From an uncultured Ruminococcus sp. (lineage in GTDB: Bacteria > Bacillota > Clostridia > UBA1212): 41,500 nt of DNA. The position numbers and the translations under genes were made by a program. A model generated the notes under the pieces. The model was not told the DNA's origin and searched no databases. It saw only the letters and a list, made by a program, of their open reading frames with translations. The first letter of the stretch is position 1. Every line of letters begins with the position of its first letter. Positions 17,012 to 27,100 of the stretch are shown piece by piece. The DNA lies in assembly GCA_902782645.1 (NCBI GenBank), contig CACZNV010000034.1, positions 1 through 41,500 of the forward strand, written 5' to 3'.

Positions 17012-20000
17012 TCATTGAACTGTCACTCTGAACGTCACCGTGTCGTCGGGAGTCTCTGCCTCGTAGACGAATGAGTAGGAGTAGGTGCCGTCCCTGCCCA
17101 GGTGTACCGCGTAGCCGTCATACTCCTTGACGGCTGTGTTGTAGGGCGTTGCGTTGCCGTTGGCGTCAATAATTTCGATTACGGGCCTTACAAGTTTGGT
17201 GAAGCCGTCAACCCTCACCACGTTTCTGTTGCGGCCGCCTGTGACCGTGAACTCAGCCTCGTTGTCTTCGCAGAGAACTCTCGCGAGGTAGGGCTCGTCA
17301 AGGGCGGTGCCCTTCTTTACATTGGCGACTGTGAGGGGCTTCAGAACTGAATCCTCAAATACCAGGCGTATGTTCTCGTCGGAAGTGAGATCACGGTTTG
17401 CCCAGGGGAGCATCAGGAATTCGATGTAGATGTAGTCGCCCTTCTTGAAGGTGGTCTTGCCAAGGTCAAGGGAAAGAGCGGAGAAGTTCAGATCGCCGCC
17501 AAAGCTGTCCCGGAGGATCAGGTTGCCTTCCCACTTCTTGCCGCCAATGACTATATCGGTGTCCTTGATGATCACCGCGTAGTTCATCGGGTCATCCTCG
17601 CCCTCCACCTGCTCCGGAACGGGCTTGTTGCTGTGGTAGTATGCGTACCAGCTCTGCTTGCCGTGGAGTGTGTAGTAGGTCACGCCCCTTGTGGTGGTCT
17701 TGAGGTCAACGTGCTGCCTGTTGCCGTCGGGATCCCTGTAACTGAGTTCTGCAAAATACTGGTTTCTGCTGTCCTGAGAGACTATCGAGAACTGCTTCTT
17801 CACATCGTTAATCGTCAAATCCTTGAGGAATGTGAGCTTTATGACGGAATAGGTTCTGTTCTCGTCCGTCTGAGGGAACTCACTGTGGCGTATCGTGTAT
17901 TTGAAGGCGCCGCCGTCGTCAATGTAGGAATACTCAAGGTCTGCGTACGAAGGACCCGAGCTGTTGATTTTGGAGCCCGTGTACTCGTTCATGATGAGCT
18001 TGTTGCTGTTGTCCCTGTAGGAAACAGCTTTCGACGTGGCAACCGACGTGAACTGCGGGTCTGTGTTCCATCTGATTCCGCTGTGTCCTCTGAAGTCGGG
18101 GAGCAGGAATCCGTCTTTTCCGAATACGCCGTAGAAGCTGATGCAGTTCGACTCGCTGCAGCCTGTGGAGAGGTGGTAGTAGGAGACGAAGAACTGGATT
18201 GACGAGAGCTGCTTAATCTGGAAAATACCCCAGTTGACGTAGAGGTGAACATCCGAGAATGTGACGCTGCTGCCTGATTTAATTGAAATCGGGAATATCG
18301 AGTTTCCGTAGGAGACATCCTCGGGGTCGTATACCTTTTCCTCTTTCTCGCAGTCGAAGTTCTTGCAGACCTGCATCGGAATAGGTACCTGCATCTGGTC
18401 CTCGTCAAGAAGGACGGCGCACTCCAGGGTTCCGGGGTATGTTTTCACGCACATGTAGATATTTCTGTCGTTGTAGTCTGAATCGACGGTTATATTTGAA
18501 ATGAAGTAGTCGTTTCTGCGGCCCTCCTTGAAAACCGTAGGCCAGACAGTTCCGTTGACGGACGTGCAGTAGTAGCCCTTAATCGGGTCATAGCCAATGA
18601 TTTTGGCGCCGTTTGAGCCCGGATTTACCGTGAAATTCTCAGCAGGCACCGGGTTGCGCTCCTTCCATGCCACATCGTCAAGGGCATTGAGGTTGCCGTC
18701 TTTGTTGGTGTAGATTCTGTGGCCGAAAATGCAGTCCTTGCCCGCCTTCAGGTTAAGATTACCGCTTGCGACCTGTTTGACAACATATTTTCCGTTCTCA
18801 AGAGTCACGCTGGTCTTGAGGGTCGAGCCGTCGTCGGGAATGATGATTGCAATAACGCCTGCGTCTTTTACCTTGAAGGCGACGTACTGCACCGTGTCGG
18901 GGTCGATATCCGTGTCGTCATGGGCGCCGGCCAGGTCGCGAATCTTGATTGCCTCAACCTTGTCCTTCGGCATCTCCCAGATCATACCGAACTCGCTGAC
19001 CGCCTCGTAGTTCTGCCTTGCCAGCAGTCTGAAGCTCTGGTGGAGCTTGTCGGGGTAAACGTCAAGGGTTCTCTCGCCAAGCGCTGCGATGCACTCGCCA
19101 ATGGTAACCGCCTTGATGCCCGTAACCGTGTATTTTTCTCCGGAAATCTTTCCTGCGTCGATTCTGACGCCTGTGAGATCGTCCTTAAGAAGGCCCGAAA
19201 TGTCCAGCACATAGGTGTGGGGCTTGCCGTCGCAGGCCAGTTCAAAGTCCAGCATCTGTTCGGCATTGAAGTTTCCGGTCTTTTTGTCGCAGATGAAAAG
19301 CTGTGTTCTGCCCGCAGAGCCCTCCGCCGCAATGGTCAACGCAATGTGTGTGGCCTTTTCACGTGGAACAGGCGTCTCCAGGTACCTGGCAATGTAGGGA
19401 TCGAGGCCCTCCGTGAGCTCCATGGTCACGGATTTGCCCTTTTCGTAGGTCGCTTTGCAGTGGCTTGAAGCCAGCCAGTCGTTGTCGAAAACAGAGAGCG
19501 AGGTCTCGTCGGCGAAGGCGAAGCTGCCGTTTTCCTTGGTTCCGAAGCCCTGATCTCTCATAAAAACTTCGTAATAGTAGTAGCCCAGCCTGGTGGTGTT
19601 GATTCGTCCCACCGTTGTCGAGTAGTTGTCCTGCCAGACCTTGCCGTTTTTGTCAACGACATACGAATTCATCGTGTTGGTCAGGTATGTGCCTCCGCAG
19701 ATCTCGCTGATGCTCTCAATTCCCATCTTTCCGTCGGTGTCAAGGGTCTCCACAATCCTGATCTGCTTGTTCAGAACCTCATATTTGGCTCTTCCAGTTC
19801 CGTTGATATACCTTGCCTGAACACCATTGGCGACTTGATTCGCGTACAAAATGGAATCGGCAAGCTTAGAATCGTTTGAAATATCTCTCATCTCAACAGG
19901 CTCCTCCGTAGGTTCAATGATTGGGATATCCGTTCCGCCTGAGGAGTTATTCGTGCACCCGGAAAATAAACTGACAACCGCCAATGCCACAAGCAGCAGC

Positions 20001-20041
20001 GCCGCAACACCGCATGCACCTTTTCTAACAAACCTTTTCAT
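17012..20041 (-). CDS. Large lipoprotein of unknown function with CBM-like internal domain
   Basis: Signal peptide with lipobox FSG-C. Internal DPYI...QLF...DGKPHTYVLDI...VRID. Beta-rich 1009-aa ORF with AGGAGG RBS. Confidence 0.7.
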   Translation of the reverse strand: MKRFVRKGACGVAALLLVALAVVSLFSGCTNNSSGGTDIPIIEPTEEPVEMRDISNDSKLADSILYANQVANGVQARYINGTGRAKYEVLNKQIRIVETLDTDGKMGIESISEICGGTYLTNTMNSYVVDKNGKVWQDNYSTTVGRINTTRLGYYYYEVFMRDQGFGTKENGSFAFADETSLSVFDNDWLASSHCKATYEKGKSVTMELTEGLDPYIARYLETPVPREKATHIALTIAAEGSAGRTQLFICDKKTGNFNAEQMLDFELACDGKPHTYVLDISGLLKDDLTGVRIDAGKISGEKYTVTGIKAVTIGECIAALGERTLDVYPDKLHQSFRLLARQNYEAVSEFGMIWEMPKDKVEAIKIRDLAGAHDDTDIDPDTVQYVAFKVKDAGVIAIIIPDDGSTLKTSVTLENGKYVVKQVASGNLNLKAGKDCIFGHRIYTNKDGNLNALDDVAWKERNPVPAENFTVNPGSNGAKIIGYDPIKGYYCTSVNGTVWPTVFKEGRRNDYFISNITVDSDYNDRNIYMCVKTYPGTLECAVLLDEDQMQVPIPMQVCKNFDCEKEEKVYDPEDVSYGNSIFPISIKSGSSVTFSDVHLYVNWGIFQIKQLSSIQFFVSYYHLSTGCSESNCISFYGVFGKDGFLLPDFRGHSGIRWNTDPQFTSVATSKAVSYRDNSNKLIMNEYTGSKINSSGPSYADLEYSYIDDGGAFKYTIRHSEFPQTDENRTYSVIKLTFLKDLTINDVKKQFSIVSQDSRNQYFAELSYRDPDGNRQHVDLKTTTRGVTYYTLHGKQSWYAYYHSNKPVPEQVEGEDDPMNYAVIIKDTDIVIGGKKWEGNLILRDSFGGDLNFSALSLDLGKTTFKKGDYIYIEFLMLPWANRDLTSDENIRLVFEDSVLKPLTVANVKKGTALDEPYLARVLCEDNEAEFTVTGGRNRNVVRVDGFTKLVRPVIEIIDANGNATPYNTAVKEYDGYAVHLGRDGTYSYSFVYEAETPDDTVTFRVTVQ

Positions 20042-20149
20042 AATAAATCCTCCTGTTTTCCTTTAATCCCCTATTTTTCCCCAAATTTTTAAAAAACAGG
20101 GCAGCGCATTCACTCCATTAAAGCAATGCCCTGCCCTGATTGCAACTAA

Positions 20150-20686
20150 TTATTTCGCGTCGTCCTTTGTGGCGACCTCGGTTTTTTTCACTTCTCTGAT
20201 TGCCCAGTTCTTGACCTCAACAAGTGAATTGTCAAGGGAAGTCTGGATGGTGATATTGTCATCCTTAATGTTCACGATGGTACCGACGATACCGCCAATG
20301 GTGACAACTTCCTGTCCGAGAGTGATTGAGTTCTTCATTTCGGCTTCTTCCCTCTTACGCTTCTTCGACGGGCGAATGATCAGGAAATAGAACATTGCGC
20401 CAAGAATAGCGACGTAAACAAGGATGATCCACCAACCGCCGCCACCCATGCAGCCCGCATTTGTGTTGGTGGGCTCGGGAGTCGCATTGGGGTCTGCAGT
20501 CGCTGCCGCAGGATTTGCAGTTGCGGCAGTTCCGTCTGTGGCGCCAACAGTAATAACTTCGCCGGTGGTGTCAACCGCACCCGGCGCATCGTCATCTGCA
20601 AAAGTCAGAATCGTTCCGAACAAGCATGATACCACAAGGCTGAGTGTCAGCACAATCGCCAACAGGCTAATTCTCTTCTTTGTCAT
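20150..20686 (-). CDS. yajC: Preprotein translocase subunit YajC with N-terminal extension
   Basis: MFYFLIIRPSKKR...GQEVVTIGGIVGTI. Located directly downstream of tgt (conserved synteny). Confidence 0.92.
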   Translation of the reverse strand: MTKKRISLLAIVLTLSLVVSCLFGTILTFADDDAPGAVDTTGEVITVGATDGTAATANPAAATADPNATPEPTNTNAGCMGGGGWWIILVYVAILGAMFYFLIIRPSKKRKREEAEMKNSITLGQEVVTIGGIVGTIVNIKDDNITIQTSLDNSLVEVKNWAIREVKKTEVATKDDAK

Positions 20687-20850
20687 AGTTACCTCCAGTT
20701 TGCATTGGCGGCAACAATGCCGCCTTGTTTATTTGTTTGAGGCGCCGCGTCAAATACCCTTTTGCGGCGCCGCTTTCCCGCAATTTTAGCGAATAAACAT
20801 TGAATAATCTTGTAATAACCGGGCCCCGCGTGCTGCGCCGCCCCGGCGTT

Positions 20851-21993
<1,143 letters not shown>

Positions 21994-22111
21994 TTATTGC
22001 GTATGCTTTTGAATTTTAACATTTTTAGTTTTGTATATCAATTGAAAAACAAGAAGCAGAAGCCTTGAAGCCTTGAAGCATCTGCGGTGGTAAACAAGAT
22101 TTACAATCTGT

Positions 22112-22687
22112 TTATATCGGCCATATCTCCCTGTCAAATATATTATTGGCGTTTTGAACATCCGCATTGTTATATCCGATTCGCCAAAGTGCTTTAGCAT
22201 ATTTTCTGGGCAAATCGATATCTCCGTCCCGTATCATTATCACAACATCTCTGATACGGAGGCATCTGATATCAGTCCTCCCATTATTCAGTTTTTCATC
22301 AATAATGTTCTGAAGCCTGGATTCATCCGTTGCAAAAATAGGAATACCGGTAACTTTTGCAAAGGCCAGCGAACAGGTTTCTCCTTTGTTTTTGTTGGGA
22401 TTATTCGGATTAATCATGACCTCTTCTAGCAGACGATATGTCATATCGTATACAGCTCTGTCAGAAGGATTAAGAACGGTTTGATCGACTATTTTGATAA
22501 TTCCCGATGCCGCCAAGGCAGAGAGCTGCTTTCTTGCGCTGGCAGGATACAGCACCTCTCCATAGGCATGTGTATGCATATAAATATCTGAAGCTATTAG
22601 AGGAAGCACTTTAAATAAAAAATCATATTTATCGCTTCCGCCGAGCTTTACACAGAAATCAGCATCGACAATTATTTTTTCCAGCAT
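22112..22687 (-). CDS. PIN-like domain protein
   Basis: IIVDAD...E...GETCSLAFA...FATDE matches the PIN acidic pattern (DUF3368-like GE..A...TDE). Confidence 0.6.
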   Translation of the reverse strand: MLEKIIVDADFCVKLGGSDKYDFLFKVLPLIASDIYMHTHAYGEVLYPASARKQLSALAASGIIKIVDQTVLNPSDRAVYDMTYRLLEEVMINPNNPNKNKGETCSLAFAKVTGIPIFATDESRLQNIIDEKLNNGRTDIRCLRIRDVVIMIRDGDIDLPRKYAKALWRIGYNNADVQNANNIFDREIWPI

Positions 22688-22689
22688 TC

Positions 22690-23523
22690 TTAGCCCTCCA
22701 TGATTTCATCGAGTTCACCATCTGACGGAAATGCATTTCTCGCAGAATCAGGAATACCAACATCTGGCGGACATAATCTGCTGAATGAAAGCAGATATTC
22801 AAGCTTTTCAAAAGTTATGCGTTTATTTTCATAAGCTTCAACAGCCAGTTCTGTGAGATTGTCTATTGCAATTCGCTCATCGGCCGACGGCGCAACGATG
22901 GCATATCTGTTTCTTGCAGCGGCAATCTCCTCATCGGTTATGCTGAGATACTTGTTCCTGTCTGCTTTTGAAATAACGTTTACCTCATAGAGGCGCTTTA
23001 CCATTGTTCGGAAAGGAACTAAAAATACATTGGCGAGTTTGAGAACATCTTTAATGTCGATTTTTGCTGTGTCTATAGAGTTGAGATGAAGCTCCCTAAG
23101 GAGAAGCTCCTCCTCAACAAGAAACTCCGCGGCAAAACGATTTGCCTTGAGCTCATTTCTGTCCTCAACAGGCTCACTTATAATGTTCGCAGGTATCACA
23201 TCCGCTTTTTCATCATAGCGAATATGGTAAAGCTCATGCGCCGCAGCAAACACCTGACAGTCCAACGGAACAGAGGAATTGATGGCAACAAAAGGTTTGC
23301 CCTCTTGATTCCCCTGCGTTGAACCTTTGATTCTTGTAAATCCCCACACTGCGTCTCCACCCAGCGGATAATATATAACGCGTGCATAACGGCCGAGAAT
23401 CGAGAATATCTGGCGTCCTATAATATCATTTTGCTTTTTGCATACGCCAAGCATCTCTGCCGCTTTTTCCTTTACCTTTGAAATTTCGGCTTCGGTTAAT
23501 TCCGGAATCTTTTTATCAGTCAC
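22690..23523 (-). CDS. ImmA/IrrE family metallo-endopeptidase
   Basis: FAAAHELYH...ELKANRFAAEFL. GTG start at 23523 follows GGAGGAG. Confidence 0.9.
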   Translation of the reverse strand: MTDKKIPELTEAEISKVKEKAAEMLGVCKKQNDIIGRQIFSILGRYARVIYYPLGGDAVWGFTRIKGSTQGNQEGKPFVAINSSVPLDCQVFAAAHELYHIRYDEKADVIPANIISEPVEDRNELKANRFAAEFLVEEELLLRELHLNSIDTAKIDIKDVLKLANVFLVPFRTMVKRLYEVNVISKADRNKYLSITDEEIAAARNRYAIVAPSADERIAIDNLTELAVEAYENKRITFEKLEYLLSFSRLCPPDVGIPDSARNAFPSDGELDEIMEG

Positions 23524-23860
23524 AGGCAAGCTCCTCCAACAATTGAATCTCATCGATAGCAGTTTGAATCAGTTCAACCTTCTCTCTGGTCTTTTCATCC
23601 TTTATGGTCCCCATAAAAGCCATGCTGTCGATAGTATAGTTATCCATGTTCGTCGTAAGAAGAGCATCGGTGGTCGTTCCAAGAACATCTGCTATTCTTT
23701 TAAGCTCGCCGACATTGATTGCCTTAGCACCCTTGATGATTTTACTCATCACTTGTTTCGAGACAGACAAAGCATCGGCTAGACTCTGTTGAGTCATAGC
23801 ATTCCTTTTCAGTTCTTTTTGTATATTTGCCCCAACCTGAGCAAAATTCATTGCATACAT
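23516..23860 (-). CDS. XRE family transcriptional regulator
   Basis: MTQQSLADALSVSKQVMSKII HTH. ATG 23860 follows GGAGG. Confidence 0.9.
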   Translation of the reverse strand: MYAMNFAQVGANIQKELKRNAMTQQSLADALSVSKQVMSKIIKGAKAINVGELKRIADVLGTTTDALLTTNMDNYTIDSMAFMGTIKDEKTREKVELIQTAIDEIQLLEELACD

Positions 23861-23895
23861 GAAAGTAACCTCCGTTCGTTTTCCTTTCATCGCCA

Positions 23896-23937
23896 ATTAT
23901 ATCAAAGGCGCCGCCCGTTTGTCAACGTTTTGTTGAC
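23896..23937 (-). promoter_or_regulatory. Promoter with palindrome overlapping the -35
   Basis: TTGACA-18 nt-TATAAT with TGn extension. GTCAAC-N5-GTTGAC at 23921-23937. Confidence 0.65.
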
Positions 23938-24038
23938 TATAGCATTAAGATAGCTCTACCCAGCCCTACTTCGAGCCCTATTACAAAAGAACAAAGTTTT
24001 TCCAGTTAACTGGATTTTCTATAGACCTGTTTTTCCGC

Positions 24039-24084
24039 AAAAAAACAGCTGCAACTCTCAAACCTGATCAAGCCGCAGCTGTTT
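24039..24084 (-). terminator. Putative terminator after the giant pilin-like gene
   Basis: AAACAGCTGC/GCAGCTGTTT arms around a 22-nt loop, followed by a T-run on the minus strand. Confidence 0.45.
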
Positions 24085-24141
24085 CCCTTCCCGGAGCCTT
24101 TTCACAGCCCCTTATCGGTTATTCACCTTATCGCCAATGTT

Positions 24142-27100
24142 CTACTCGGTAAACCCGCCGTACCTCTCAATCAGGTACGCAAGGTAGTCCTCGGTCAGTA
24201 TGCCCTTCCCCAAAGCCACCTTGAGGTACTGTCCGTTGTAGGCGTTGAACATTATCTCCGTGACGCCAATTACTTCCATCTCTTCAGCAGTGAAGAGTCC
24301 GTAGGTTGCGATGTCTTCATTCTTTGATGCCTGATTGTACTTGAGGTCATCATCATAGTCAAAGATGTTGAAGAGGCCTGTAATACCGCCGGGCATGGAA
24401 AGCATACCCTCAGTGAAATAGTTCAGGGTCGAGTATGTTACAGGCGAGTAGACAGCCATCGTCTCGTAGGTAAGGAACGCACTGTCGAGAGTGTAAACTC
24501 CTTCAATTCCGTAGAAACGGTGCCCCACAAAGTCTGCATAGTTCTCTGCGTCGATGTAAACATACTTGTTGAGATTCAAATCAAAGAATCCGTGCTCACT
24601 GATGACCTTCACTCGCTTGCCGTTGCTGAAATCGAGGTTGATAACCTCACACTGCTGTTCTTCCTCAACATCGTTGAAGAGAACGAATGAAGTCTCAACT
24701 TCTCCTGTTTCGTGGTTGAAAACAAGGAGTTCGTCCCCGGAAACCACATATTGGACCTGCTTCTCAGTGCCGTCAGCCATGAGGATGAGCGTGTCGGGGG
24801 CAAGGCAGCTTTTAGAAGAAGAATTAATAGTAACGTCACCGTCAGGCATTTTGAAATAGTATGTTCCCGCAGCAGCTGAAGTTGTCGTCGAAGTGCATGC
24901 TTCATTGCTGTAGAGAGTTACACTTGAACTGCTCTTTTTAACAGTGAATGTCTTTGATTCGGATTCTGAATAAGACAGCACAACCTTAACGACACTATTG
25001 TATGGAACAGAGCCGCCACTGTTCACAGCTGTTCCATTCACAGTTACTGCTGTAGTACTGTTGCTTGTTATAATCGTTATCTTGTATGATTTCACAGTCC
25101 ACTGTGCGTACAAAGTTACATCTCCGGTCGGGGTATATGCTGCGCCGCCGTTGCCGATTTTGGTTCCGCCGCTTGCTGCAGTATACCAGCCGTTAAATGT
25201 ATAACCTGTTCGCGTTGGCGTCGGCAAAGTAACACTTCCGTTAGTACCTGCAGTCAAAGCAGACGGATTGGAAGCTCCGTTGCCGTCAAATGATACCTTA
25301 TATGCAGTCCATTGTGCATAGAGAGTGATGTTTTCGGCAGGAGTATATGATGTGCCGGCGTTTCCGACTTTTGTTCCGCCGCTCGCCGCAGTATACCAGC
25401 CATTGAACGAATGTCCCGCCCAGGTTGCATCCGGCAAAGTAATAGGCGTTTCACCATCATACGTCGCACTACTTGTTCCGCAGGATCCGCCGTTAGCATT
25501 AAATGTGACCGGTATATTTGTCGACCACTGCGCGTAGAGAGTGACGTTTGCAGTTGGAGTATAGTTAGCTCCCGAGGTGCCAACCTTCTCGCCGCCGCTT
25601 GCAGCCGTAAACCAACCTTCGAATGTGGGCTGAGATCCCGGAGTTGCGGTAGGGAGTATAATCGCAGTGCCCTCGTATGTAGCGGCCTCGATATTGCACG
25701 TTCCCCCGTTTGTCATATCAAACGTGACAGTGTATTTGGGAGACCAGTGGGCTGTCAATGTGATGTTTCTTTCAGGCACCGTGTAGCTGTCGCCGCCCCT
25801 TCCGACTTTTGTCTCACCGTCATACCAGCCTTCCAACCATTGCGTTGTTTGCGTTGAAGCAGGCAAAGTAATCGTGTTGCCTGAATCGCTCTTTATTGAG
25901 GATGAAGATGTACCGCCGTTTGCATCGAACGAAACTATGTACGGCTCCTTCCAGTGAGCATACAAGGTTTCAGAAGCAGATGGCTTATACCCATCAGTTC
26001 TCTTTGTTCCACCGGTTGCTGCAGTATACCATCCGTCAAATAAATAACCCGGCCTCGTAGGAGTCGGCAGTGAGACGGTGGTGGCTGATGAAGTGGTGTA
26101 CCCTACAGACTGTCCGCACTTACCGCCGTTGGGATCAAACGTAATCGTATATTTAATAGACGGCGAAAATGAAGTGGTTGGCTTTGTTTCGGTTGACGGC
26201 TTCGTATATGTTCCATTATATAATCCACAGGAAACAACATACTTTTCATCACTTGTCACCTGTTTACCGCTGTGGCCCGTAAACTTGTAATCGTATATTC
26301 TATACGAACATGCAAACGTTCTACCGCTCATGGCAGAGCTAACCCCGGAACTACCCGCAGGAGAATTAGTAACATAGAATAGAGACGTTTTCGATGAATC
26401 GATATTCAAATTTACCTTTTTTGTGCCCCCTGGAGAATTAGAACATCCAGTTCTTACCATCGACAAAGTCAATATTCTGCCGTCGTTAAGGGTAATTGTT
26501 ACTGTGGTCGCTGTGTTATAATTCGTAGAACCGCCCAGCAGGTCTCCCGAAGGGCTTACCGAAACGATTTTGGCAACAAAATTCTTTTTGCTGGTTGAAT
26601 TACTGCCGTCCAATACAACTGTCGGATTACCGTCTTTATCGAAGTCCGTAATCGTAAGACCGTCAAATATATCGAACCAATAGTATCTGTCTCCGCTGCC
26701 GTTTATTTTCACACCTGTTGTGTTTACCGCAGTATCCACGGTTATCTCCGCATCTTTCCATGCGCGGTCCGGAGTTAACACTTCAACAGGGACAGTAACA
26801 GTATATGATGTTTTACCTATAGGTGAACCGTTTAAGCCAAAAACAGTTGCATTCGATACATTGATTACGATGCCGGTAGAGCCGGAGTTTTCGAATGTAA
26901 TAGTATTTCCATTTATTGTTGTGCCTTCGCAAGAAAGAGAAACACTCTCCGAATCTCCCGAATACCTGCCGAAACGAATGTACTCATTGACATTAAAATC
27001 ATAGGAAGATCCCAAAGGAAACTGTATTCTTACAGTTCCGTTGTCGTTCCAGCAATGCGTTTCATCATCAGGTAGCGTAGTCGGCAAACCTTCAATTTTG

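Noticed and set aside
24001-24014. Perfect palindrome TCCAGTTAACTGGA
   Set aside because: Isolated, about 75 nt upstream of the nearest -35, and no function can be supported.
24394-24807. Canonical splicing intein
   Set aside because: No C-terminal His-Asn followed by Cys/Ser/Thr, and no endonuclease domain. Treated as a non-splicing Hint.
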